This document shows, in pieces, positions 42,688 through 50,385 of a stretch of DNA of 50,385 nucleotides (positions are counted from its first letter, which is position 1; each line of letters starts with the position of its first letter). The notes beneath the pieces were generated by a model. That model was given only the letters and a program-made list of their open reading frames with translations. It was not told the origin of the DNA and made no database searches. Source of the DNA: an uncultured Treponema sp. (GTDB lineage: Bacteria; Spirochaetota; Spirochaetia; Treponematales; Treponemataceae); NCBI GenBank assembly GCA_964560975.1, contig CAZLNE010000001.1:5545-55929 (forward strand), given 5' to 3'. The translations under genes were made by a program, and so were the position numbers.

Positions 42688-44340
42688 ATGAAAACAATTA
42701 CTATTTCAATACTTAATAAATCTCCTTTCACAGCTAATGAGGGCGTTACAACATCTGAGATTCTTAACAAGTTTGAATGCCCCAATGACTCCATTCTGGC
42801 AGTAAAAATTAACAATGAACTTTGCTCTCTTTCCCAGCAAATTGATATTAATTGTACTCTTGAGCCAATTCTCATCGGTACTCATGAAGGCTCAGCAATT
42901 TACCGAAGAACTCTCTGTTTTGTATTGGCAGCAGCAGCACAAGAATTATTTCCGAACAGAAGGCTTGTAGTAGGTCACAGTTTAGGATACGGATATTATT
43001 ACACCTTTGATAACGAAGATTATGTTACAAAAGATGATCTAGAGGCAATTGAGAAAATCATAAAACGTATGATTCAGGAAGATATTACCATACAGCAAAC
43101 ATGTATCTCCTATGAAGATGCGATTAACTTGTTCGAACACCTGAATCTTATTGAAACAAGGAAACAGCTTAAATACATTTGTCCCCCAAAAGTTGCTGTA
43201 AATGCAATGAATTCATTCAGTGACTTATACTTTGCACCTTTACTTGTCTCAACCGGATGCTTAAAATTATTCGAATTACGCCAGTATCAGCAGGGTTTTT
43301 TACTGCGCTTCCCCATGACCCAAAAGCCCGATCAAATTTCAGAATTTGAAGATCTTCCCCAGCTTTTTAATGTTTACAAACGCTACAAGGAATGGGGCAA
43401 GCAGCTCAATGTTACTTCTGCTGCATCTCTCAACGCCCTTATTCATAACCACCATGAAAAAGATTTTATTGATATTGCCGAAACCCTGCAGAATAAATGC
43501 ATAGCTGATATTGCTGATAAAATTAAAGAGAATAAAGAAGTTAAGGTTGTTCTCATTGCAGGCCCTTCCAGTTCAGGAAAAACAACAACCTCGAAGAAGC
43601 TATCTATGCAGCTTCGCGCATTAGGTTATATGCCGAAAGTCATCGAGCTAGATACATATTATATAGGCAGGGACTTAACTCCTAAAGATGAACATGGAGA
43701 CTACGATTATGAATGTCTTGAAGCTCTCGATGTTAAACAATTAAACACAGATCTTGTAGATCTTTTTAAGGGTAAAACCATTAATCTCCCCTCCTACGAT
43801 TTTAAAGAAGGACAAAGATTCTACTCTGGAAAAACAATGTCTCTTAATCCAAACGACATCCTCATTTTGGAAGGGATTCATGGTCTTAACGACAAATTAA
43901 CACCGCTCATCGACAATAAATTTAAATTTAAAGTGTATTTATCTGCATTAACACAGCTTAATCTAGATGATCACAATAGAATATCAACAAGCGATAACCG
44001 CCTGATACGCCGTATTGTCAGGGATTCGCAGTTTAGAGGAAAAACTGCAAGCGATACTATTAAAATGTGGCCGAGCGTACAGCGTGGTGAAAGGCTTCAT
44101 ATTTATCCATTCCAGGACAAGGCAGATGCTATGCTTAATACCGCGCTTGATTACGAACTTGCAGTCCTTAAAATGTATGCGGAACCTCTATTACGATGTG
44201 TTTCACCGCTTCAAAAAGAATACTCTGAAGCATCACGTTTGTTGCGTTTTTTAAGTAATTTTTTACCCATTCCAGTGAACTATGTTCCTGTACAATCATT
44301 GTTAAGAGAATTTATTGGAGGAAGCGAATTTAAGTATTAG
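42688..44340 (+). CDS. Fusion of a TGS domain, a ThrRS-N2-like domain and a P-loop uridine kinase/PRK-family kinase
   Basis: N-terminal beta-grasp-like segment. Then GSAIYRRTLCFVLAAAAQELFPNRRLVVGHSLGYGYYYTF, collinear with the ThrRS second additional domain. Then Walker A IAGPSSSGKTTTSKKL and uridine-kinase-like EGIHGLN and RRIVRD motifs. Confidence 0.78.
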   Translation: MKTITISILNKSPFTANEGVTTSEILNKFECPNDSILAVKINNELCSLSQQIDINCTLEPILIGTHEGSAIYRRTLCFVLAAAAQELFPNRRLVVGHSLGYGYYYTFDNEDYVTKDDLEAIEKIIKRMIQEDITIQQTCISYEDAINLFEHLNLIETRKQLKYICPPKVAVNAMNSFSDLYFAPLLVSTGCLKLFELRQYQQGFLLRFPMTQKPDQISEFEDLPQLFNVYKRYKEWGKQLNVTSAASLNALIHNHHEKDFIDIAETLQNKCIADIADKIKENKEVKVVLIAGPSSSGKTTTSKKLSMQLRALGYMPKVIELDTYYIGRDLTPKDEHGDYDYECLEALDVKQLNTDLVDLFKGKTINLPSYDFKEGQRFYSGKTMSLNPNDILILEGIHGLNDKLTPLIDNKFKFKVYLSALTQLNLDDHNRISTSDNRLIRRIVRDSQFRGKTASDTIKMWPSVQRGERLHIYPFQDKADAMLNTALDYELAVLKMYAEPLLRCVSPLQKEYSEASRLLRFLSNFLPIPVNYVPVQSLLREFIGGSEFKY

Positions 44341-44749
44341 AATTTGCAATATCATCCATAGTTTTTTCTTCATTGAGAAGAACACTGTAGCGGTGTTCTT
44401 CTTTTTTTTTGTCCTTAAGTTTTGTAAGAACCTTTCTATTTTTCATCTTTTCTGCCATGATTGCACGCTTTTCTTCAATAACCAGTTGTGCACGGGTCAA
44501 ATCTTCAAGTAGTTCCTCTGTCCGTAAATCAAGTCTTTGAATAAAATATTCGATTGACTGAAGTGTGATAATATCAGTAGTGAGTGAGCGGGAATAGGAT
44601 TGCTTATGTTTTTGCATTGCAATATCATTTAATTCTGATTGAATAATATCTGCAGCAGAAATAGAGCGGGCCAATTCTATTTGAGCTTCTTTTTCTTCAA
44701 ATTCACGCAGGTTTAATATTTTTTGTAAACTGAAGGTAAACTTTTTCAT
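44330..44749 (-). CDS. fliJ: Flagellar export chaperone-like protein FliJ
   Basis: 139-aa coiled-coil protein directly after fliI (4-nt overlap). C-terminal KLKDKKKEEH...EEKTMDDIA is typical of FliJ. Confidence 0.72.
   Translation of the reverse strand: MKKFTFSLQKILNLREFEEKEAQIELARSISAADIIQSELNDIAMQKHKQSYSRSLTTDIITLQSIEYFIQRLDLRTEELLEDLTRAQLVIEEKRAIMAEKMKNRKVLTKLKDKKKEEHRYSVLLNEEKTMDDIANSNT
44377..44410 (+). terminator. Rho-independent terminator for the plus-strand gene, embedded in the fliJ coding sequence
   Basis: Stem GAAGAACAC (44377-44385), loop TGTAGCG, stem GTGTTCTTC (44393-44401), then a T9 run (44402-44410). It starts 37 nt after the stop at 44340. Confidence 0.7.
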
Positions 44750-46113
44750 TGCTTATCGGCTAAAGGTTCATATTCTTCACTGGGAATTTCAACACCAGAG
44801 ACCTTACCAAGTCTTTTCATAGTATCAAAAATAGGCGAAGGGTCAGTCTCTTCCTGAATTAATAAGTCTTCAATTTCTTTATGTTTATCGATCGCAGCAT
44901 CAATTTGCGGATTACTGCCCTTTTGATACGCTCCGACAGTAATGAGATCTTCGGATTCGGCATACACAGCCATATATTTTCTAATAATTCCGCACGCTTC
45001 CTTTGTTTTAGGACCGCTAACTCTATTTGCCAGACGGCTTATGCTTGCAAGAACATCCACTGCAGGATAATGATAGGCTTGTGCAAGTTTTCTACTCAGT
45101 ACAATATGCCCATCGAGCGTTCCTCGTACCTTATCTGATATTGGTTCATCCATGTCATCACCATCAACAAGAACAGTATAAAAAGCGGTAATGGTTCCTT
45201 TTTGCGATGTACCGCTTCTTTCAAGCAGTTTTGGCAGTAATTCAAATACACTCGGCGGATATCCTCGCTGTGCCGGAGGTTCTCCTGCTGCAAGTCCTAT
45301 TTCTCTTTGTGCATGAGCAAAACGGGTTACAGAATCAAACATGAGCATGACATCTTTACCCTGATCTCGAAAATATTCCGCGACAGCTGTTGCAACGTAG
45401 GCACCCCGCAAGCGTGCTATTGGCGACTGATCAGATGTGGCTGATACTACAACCGAGCGTTTTAGCCCTTCTACACCTAAATCTCTATTAATAAAATCAA
45501 TTACTTCACGGCCACGTTCACCTATAAGAGCAATAACGTTAATATCAGCATTAGTATTTCTGGCAATCATACTTAATAAGGTAGATTTTCCAACACCAGA
45601 ACCTGCAAAAATACCAAGGCGCTGTCCTTTTCCTACTGCAAGTAACGAATCTATGGATCGAACACCCGTTACAATACGTTCAGTTATAGGTCTTCTTTCC
45701 ATGGCAGGAGGAGGAGATGAAACAGCCGGATAAAAATTCTCACATACTATTTCACCCTTGTTGTCGCAGGCCTTCCCGGTAGAATCAATAACTCTTCCTA
45801 ATAGTTCTTCTCCAACACCAACCTGTAAAACAGAACCGCTTGCAATAACTTCGCATCCCAGCTCTATACCCTTTGTTTCACCATAGGCCATAAGTTGTAC
45901 AGTTTTATCATGAAGGCCGACTACTTCAGCAAGAATTGGCGTAAAACCTTTTGGAGACTGCTTATTTGTAACACGAATTGTACAAAGCTCACCCATCACA
46001 GACTGAGGCCCCTTGCTTTCAATAAGCATGCCTCGTACAGCAGTAACCTGTCCTGTATAGTGAATGGTATCTGTTTTTTTTACTGTATTTAAGTACTTCT
46101 GAAGCATTTTCAT
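44746..46113 (-). CDS. fliI: Flagellum-specific type III export ATPase FliI
   Basis: Walker A GSGVGKSTLLSMIA, Walker B MLMFDSVTRFA, F1-ATPase-like fold. Confidence 0.95.
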   Translation of the reverse strand: MKMLQKYLNTVKKTDTIHYTGQVTAVRGMLIESKGPQSVMGELCTIRVTNKQSPKGFTPILAEVVGLHDKTVQLMAYGETKGIELGCEVIASGSVLQVGVGEELLGRVIDSTGKACDNKGEIVCENFYPAVSSPPPAMERRPITERIVTGVRSIDSLLAVGKGQRLGIFAGSGVGKSTLLSMIARNTNADINVIALIGERGREVIDFINRDLGVEGLKRSVVVSATSDQSPIARLRGAYVATAVAEYFRDQGKDVMLMFDSVTRFAHAQREIGLAAGEPPAQRGYPPSVFELLPKLLERSGTSQKGTITAFYTVLVDGDDMDEPISDKVRGTLDGHIVLSRKLAQAYHYPAVDVLASISRLANRVSGPKTKEACGIIRKYMAVYAESEDLITVGAYQKGSNPQIDAAIDKHKEIEDLLIQEETDPSPIFDTMKRLGKVSGVEIPSEEYEPLADKQ

Positions 46114-46116
46114 AGT

Positions 46117-47052
46117 TTACAAATCCGGATTAATGGCTGTAGTCTTTGTAATTGTTTTTATGGGAGATATTTCTAAGATTTTTTGTTCCAATTCTGAAAG
46201 CTGGCTCGAAATTCTAGCATCGATTGCTCCAAAATCTGTTTCTATTATACATCCGCCGCGTTCTACAGTAGTATCTTCTACAATGGAAATATTCTTAATA
46301 TTTTCTACAGAGCTCATAAACTCTTTAGTATGTTCTGTTGCAAGCTGTACATCGGAAAGATTTACACGAATTGTAACATCGCCCCTGCCCTTTACCTTAC
46401 GCAATGCCTGTACGATATTTGTCATAACAACATTTCTCTGACTCTCAGAAATAACCTTAACAACCTTTCTAGTCATGAGTATGACTAATTCAACAATCTG
46501 CTGCTCGGTTTCATCGAGAATTTCCTGTCTTTTATCCAAGATACGTTCAAGGATGGTATGCAGTCTATCAATTAAACGCTGTACCTCATTTTTCCCGCTT
46601 GAATATCCTTCTTCACTTCCCTTGGTCAAACCCTCTTTGTAAGCTTCAGAAATTACTTTATCGCGGTTTTTCTCTGATTCCTGCTGAATTTCTAAAGCCT
46701 TTAGTTCGGCTTCTTTTATAATTTTTTGAGCCTCAAGTTCTGCTTGGGCCTTAATTACATTTGCCTGATCAGTCTTTCTCTTAACTTCGTCAAAGGCAGC
46801 TTTTTCAGCATTCTTAATTATTTGTTCGGCTTCCATTTGAGTTGAATCAAGAAGCTTTTGTTTTTCCACATCCCATTCAGCTTTAAAATGCTCAGCCTCG
46901 CGGCGTAAATCATCTGCTGTTGGACCTATATATTCTGGAATTTCCTCTTCAATTTCTTCTTCTACTTCCGGTGCATAATTTCGCGAAAGTTTGAGCATAA
47001 CCTTATCGTCAGATTTATTTATTTCTGTTGGACGGAATACCGATTTAGCCAT
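46117..47052 (-). CDS. fliH: Flagellar assembly protein FliH
   Basis: 311 aa with a charged coiled-coil N-terminal half and a FliH-like C-terminus (GGCIIETDFGAIDARISSQL). It sits between fliG and fliI. Confidence 0.8.
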   Translation of the reverse strand: MAKSVFRPTEINKSDDKVMLKLSRNYAPEVEEEIEEEIPEYIGPTADDLRREAEHFKAEWDVEKQKLLDSTQMEAEQIIKNAEKAAFDEVKRKTDQANVIKAQAELEAQKIIKEAELKALEIQQESEKNRDKVISEAYKEGLTKGSEEGYSSGKNEVQRLIDRLHTILERILDKRQEILDETEQQIVELVILMTRKVVKVISESQRNVVMTNIVQALRKVKGRGDVTIRVNLSDVQLATEHTKEFMSSVENIKNISIVEDTTVERGGCIIETDFGAIDARISSQLSELEQKILEISPIKTITKTTAINPDL

Positions 47053-47072
47053 ACAATATATCCTCCGTGCAA

Positions 47073-48149
47073 TTATACAACAAGTTCATCTTCTCCTGAG
47101 CGTGCAATAACAATTTCGCCGCTGTCCTCAAGACGTCTGATAGTAGATACAATTTTCTGCTGAGCTTCTTCAACATCCTTAAGACGAACAGGACCCATAA
47201 ATTCCATATCTTCTTTAAGCATACTTGCCGCACGCTTGGACATGTTTCTAAATATCTTATCCTGAACTTCAGTATCAACAGCCTTAAGGGCCTTTGCAAG
47301 TTCCTGGGTGTCAACCTCGCGCATAACTTTTTGTATAGCGCGGTCATCAAGCATAACAATATCTTCGAATACGAACATTCGCTTTTTAATTTCCTCTGCA
47401 AGATCCGGATCATCTTCTTCCAAAGATTCAATAATCGATTTTTCTGATGAACGGTCTACAAGGTTCAATATTTCAACAATGCTTTCAACACCACCGGCTG
47501 CAGTATAGTCTTCGCTAGACAGGGTAGAAAGCTTCTTTTCAAGAACGCGCTCTACTTCGCGAAGAACATCAGGAGAGGTACGATCCATCGTCGCAATGCG
47601 GCGGGCAACTTCACTTTGTATTTCATCTGGAAGATTTTGTAAAATAACCGACGCTTTATTCGGCTCCAAATAAGCTAAAATAAGAGCGATGGTTTGAGGG
47701 TGCTCCTGCTGAATAAAGTTTAACAAGTGTGCAGGATCCGTTCTGCGTATAAAGTCAAAAGGACGAACCTGTAGAGAACTCGTTAATCTATTAATAATAT
47801 CAATTGCTTTTTGACTTCCTAATGATTTTTCAAGAAGTTCCCGTGCATAATCAATACCGCCTGAGGTAATGAAGTTTTGTGCAGCCATTAATTCCTGGAA
47901 TTCTTCAAGAATGGCTTCCTTAAATTCTGCATCAACTGTATCTAATCTGGCTATTTCAAAGGTAAGAGTTTCAATTTCATCTTCACGAAGATGTTTAAAA
48001 ATTTCTGATGATAATTCTGATCCCAAGGCTACTAGGAAGATAGCAGCCTTTTGCCGTCCGGTAAGATTCTTGAAATCCTTTGGTTTTTTACTGCCGCTTG
48101 TACTGCCGGCTGCAACACCGCCGGTTTTTGGTTTTGCCTGTGCTGCCAT
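47073..48149 (-). CDS. fliG: Flagellar motor switch protein FliG
   Basis: LTGRQKAAIFLVALG, EIARL, MFVFEDI, LLKEDMEFMGPVRLKDVEEAQQKIV. Confidence 0.95.
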   Translation of the reverse strand: MAAQAKPKTGGVAAGSTSGSKKPKDFKNLTGRQKAAIFLVALGSELSSEIFKHLREDEIETLTFEIARLDTVDAEFKEAILEEFQELMAAQNFITSGGIDYARELLEKSLGSQKAIDIINRLTSSLQVRPFDFIRRTDPAHLLNFIQQEHPQTIALILAYLEPNKASVILQNLPDEIQSEVARRIATMDRTSPDVLREVERVLEKKLSTLSSEDYTAAGGVESIVEILNLVDRSSEKSIIESLEEDDPDLAEEIKKRMFVFEDIVMLDDRAIQKVMREVDTQELAKALKAVDTEVQDKIFRNMSKRAASMLKEDMEFMGPVRLKDVEEAQQKIVSTIRRLEDSGEIVIARSGEDELVV

Positions 48150-48150
48150 A

Positions 48151-49860
48151 CTATTCCTCCATCAGCCAAGTGCGAATAAGCATTGCAACATCCTCTGGAT
48201 GATCCTTCGCCATCGCTATAGCATTTTCCTGCAGTTCAGCTCGCCTGCGTTCTTCAACAGACATCGTAACTTCCATTCCAGCTTGCTCAGATTCCCAAAG
48301 AATTTTTTCTCTCTCCATACGGTGTTTACGCAAAAGTTCTTCTTCTCTAAGTCTGCGCCTTTTTTCAATTTCTCTACTAATAACCCTGAAAATCATGAAG
48401 GCCAATAACACAGCAACAATACCTGTTAAAACGTAGAATACCGTTCTTCTTGTCTGCTGAGCTCTCAAGAACGCTGCATCTTCAGCCTCAAATTGTGCTG
48501 TACGGTCAAATTGAATGTTTCTAACAGAAACAGAGTCTCCTCTAGTGCGGTTATAACCAATTGCATCCTGTACTAAACTTTCTGCATTTGCCAAGACAGC
48601 TGGATCTATAGATACATACTCTCTGTCGATTGAACCATTCTGCTGAAATACAATCTGCCCTTTTTCATCATATTTTTTACGCCATGTACCGTCGATATTT
48701 ACAGATACCGTAACCCGATCAATACTTGGACTTTTTTCTTCTTGAATCTGCTTTGTGTTGATAACTTCATTCTTTTTCACACCGGATTCCTCAGATAGTC
48801 CATACAAGTTCGACATATCTGAGTACACAGGAGGAGTTTGACCTTCTGCACCCGCAGGCCCTTCTGGATTATATCCGGTTCCTGTCCAGCGTTTTGTTAC
48901 AGTTTCAGACGAAAGGGTTATTGATTCTACTAATTGAGAATCATCGTAAGGTGTATCCGGGTTATCAGATTTAATGGTGATAGGAGAATATTCTGTAGCA
49001 GACACAAGACGCTTTGACATATCCATATCAATCTTAATATTTAAGTCGCGTACCCTGTCTTCACCGAAAATCTGCTGCAGCGCAGTTAGAACCTTAGCCC
49101 TGTACTGTGTTTCAAGAGTAGCAATAAGTTTCTGCTCTTTCGCAATAACATCAACACGTTCAATCTCAGCCATTCCGGCAAAATCGTTGAGAATATTACC
49201 CTGAGAGTCTGCTATGGTTATGTTTTCTTCCTTCAAGCCTTCAACGGCAAAAAGAAGAAGTTTTTGAACACCCTGTATCTTTTTTTTGTTTGTCAAAATA
49301 TCGCTTCCAGGACTCTGATAAATAATAACACTTGCAGTGGCCGGATTTTGATCCGCAGCAAAAAGCGTACGCTCAGGCATTCTAATGACAACGTTTGCCC
49401 TGTCAACTTCTTCAAGTGATTCAATATGCTGTGTTACTTGAGCTGTAATTGAGCGTAATAAGTTAACATTTCGTTCAAAATCCGTTGTTGTCCAGCGTTC
49501 AGTATCAAATAAATTCCATGGACTTACATTTGAAGGTGTTAAATCTTCCCGTACAAGAATTGTTCGAGCCTTTCTTGCAGTAGACTCATCAGGTACGGTA
49601 AGCATTCCTGCAGCACTGACTGAGACAGGAATGTTTTCCTCTGAAAGTCTATACAGTATTTTATCCCGTGCAGCTTCATCAATAATAGCAACATTATAAA
49701 TGGGAACAACAGTCGGCGATGAGGAAAGTGTTAATATGAGGATAATTGCCCCGATAACTAGAAGAATTATACCTATAAAAATGACTTTTTGAATACGTGA
49801 GGTTTTCACCCACAAATCTTTAACTTGAGACATCAGCTTTTTAAGCCATTCGTTCATCAT
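48151..49860 (-). CDS. fliF: Flagellar MS-ring protein FliF
   Basis: YscJ/FliF family pattern with N- and C-terminal TM helices (VIFIGIILLVIGAIILIL, VFYVLTGIVAVLLAFMIF). ATG 49860 or 49857 follows GGGAGGGG. The track's TTG 49881 is less likely. Confidence 0.92.
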   Translation of the reverse strand: MMNEWLKKLMSQVKDLWVKTSRIQKVIFIGIILLVIGAIILILTLSSSPTVVPIYNVAIIDEAARDKILYRLSEENIPVSVSAAGMLTVPDESTARKARTILVREDLTPSNVSPWNLFDTERWTTTDFERNVNLLRSITAQVTQHIESLEEVDRANVVIRMPERTLFAADQNPATASVIIYQSPGSDILTNKKKIQGVQKLLLFAVEGLKEENITIADSQGNILNDFAGMAEIERVDVIAKEQKLIATLETQYRAKVLTALQQIFGEDRVRDLNIKIDMDMSKRLVSATEYSPITIKSDNPDTPYDDSQLVESITLSSETVTKRWTGTGYNPEGPAGAEGQTPPVYSDMSNLYGLSEESGVKKNEVINTKQIQEEKSPSIDRVTVSVNIDGTWRKKYDEKGQIVFQQNGSIDREYVSIDPAVLANAESLVQDAIGYNRTRGDSVSVRNIQFDRTAQFEAEDAAFLRAQQTRRTVFYVLTGIVAVLLAFMIFRVISREIEKRRRLREEELLRKHRMEREKILWESEQAGMEVTMSVEERRRAELQENAIAMAKDHPEDVAMLIRTWLMEE

Positions 49861-49895
49861 GCCCCTCCCGTGAACGAACAATAATCTATTTCACT

Positions 49896-49904
49896 ATTGT
49901 ATCA
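49896..49904 (-). promoter_or_regulatory. Possible internal extended -10 promoter upstream of fliF
   Basis: The minus strand reads TGA-TACAAT (49904-49896), in the unusually long fliE-fliF spacer. Confidence 0.3.
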
Positions 49905-49971
49905 CAGTTTCGGACAACTGAAAAGTATTAAAAGGTGTTTTTTTTATAAAACAGTGAATTACGCTGCATTA

Positions 49972-50304
49972 CTAGCGTGTAGTGGTAATTTCAGACCAGC
50001 CTTTAATCATTCTGTCTATAACTGCTTGTGCAAGAGATAGTGAAAGATTTGCTTCTGCCATGGCAATGGTAACATCGTGAACATCTACTGAATCAGGATC
50101 TACAATGAGCTGTTGTGCTATTGTATCACTCGAAGTCTGTTTACCATTAACATAATCAAGTGCATCAAGAAGATAATTCTCAAAGCTTCCCTGAACTGTT
50201 TGATCTGATCCTATGGTCTGAACCTTTTTACCTGTTAATGGTGTTACAGGGGCCGAACCAATATGATTCTCATCTGAACGCAAAAGCTGAAGTGTACTAA
50301 TCAT
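49972..50304 (-). CDS. fliE: Flagellar hook-basal body complex protein FliE
   Basis: 110 aa, positioned between flgC and fliF. C-terminal helix AEANLSLSLAQAVIDRMIKGWSEI. SD GGGAGGG lies 9 nt upstream. Confidence 0.8.
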   Translation of the reverse strand: MISTLQLLRSDENHIGSAPVTPLTGKKVQTIGSDQTVQGSFENYLLDALDYVNGKQTSSDTIAQQLIVDPDSVDVHDVTIAMAEANLSLSLAQAVIDRMIKGWSEITTTR

Positions 50305-50334
50305 TTTTCAAAGCCCTCCCAAGCATTAAAAACC

Positions 50335-50385
50335 TTATTTACCAATCTGCAGAGCCTGCTGGAACATTTCCTTTGAGCCCTGAAT
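50335..50385 (-). CDS. flgC: Flagellar basal-body rod protein FlgC, C-terminal 16 codons only (the N-terminus lies beyond the right window edge)
   Basis: My translation of the minus strand gives IQGSKEMFQQALQIGK-stop. This is the typical rod-protein C-terminal heptad tail, at the expected position upstream of fliE. Confidence 0.6.
   Translation of the reverse strand: MQGSKEMFQQALQIGK

Noticed and set aside
44402-44410. A9/T9 homopolymer tracts inside coding regions as phase-variation switches (also about 19411-19419, about 25202-25210, and 8016-8024)
   Set aside because: They encode Lys runs or form terminator T-tracts in an AT-rich genome. The ORFs are intact, and there is no evidence of length heterogeneity or of contingency-type genes. 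Slippage cannot be assessed from a single sequence.
1-50385. Search for CRISPR arrays, IS elements or transposases, integrases, prophage genes, rRNA genes and long direct or inverted repeats
   Set aside because: None were recognised by eye. Gene content and tight operon packing look like conserved chromosome rather than an accessory island. Repeat detection by eye is incomplete and should be repeated computationally.

Overview
This is an AT-rich chromosomal segment that looks like core genome from a spirochete, most likely a Treponema-like organism. Three things support that. The first is a flgB-type flagellar operon tail on the minus strand, in the order flgC(partial)-fliE-fliF-fliG-fliH-fliI-fliJ. 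The second is a FlaA periplasmic-flagellum sheath protein. The third is a radical-SAM/SPASM protein of the kind I recall being called spiro-SPASM. I count about 45 protein genes and one tRNA-Glu(UUC). I see no rRNA, CRISPR array, transposase, integrase or long repeat. Housekeeping content includes rho (partial), a bactofilin, lnt, an HU/IHF-like protein, rpsT, plsC-like, xseA/xseB, mutL, lon, a GH13 alpha-glucosidase with a GPH sugar symporter, an OmpR-type two-component pair, and several TPR proteins. All protein calls come from motif and architecture recognition in the supplied translations and my own translation of unlisted regions. No database search was possible. The candidates I rank highest for undescribed biology are these. 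(1) A six-gene translationally coupled operon (10721-18924, minus strand) next to flaA. It joins the radical-SAM/SPASM enzyme, a GT2-like protein, a three-domain cytidylyltransferase/PseG-like/methyltransferase protein and an ATP-grasp ligase to a cell-wall amidase and a GerMN protein. (2) An FHA / PPP-phosphatase / Hanks-kinase / FruK-like sugar-kinase operon (36647-40462). Its FHA and phosphatase ORFs are in the same frame and separated by one TAA. The 35 coding-looking codons after the TAA have no canonical start codon. (3) A tightly packed operon (28324-31273) encoding a TPR protein with an Mrr-like tail, a metallophosphoesterase and a ParB/Srx-like protein, followed by a sigma-less RsbU/RsbV/RsbW-type partner-switching module. 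(4) A RadC-type JAB domain fused to a DinG/XPD helicase. At the signal level, four regulator or signalling transcription units have a -10 box 5-7 nt upstream of an ATG and no Shine-Dalgarno sequence, which suggests leaderless mRNAs. Also, the intrinsic terminator of a plus-strand gene is embedded in the coding sequence of the convergent fliJ.
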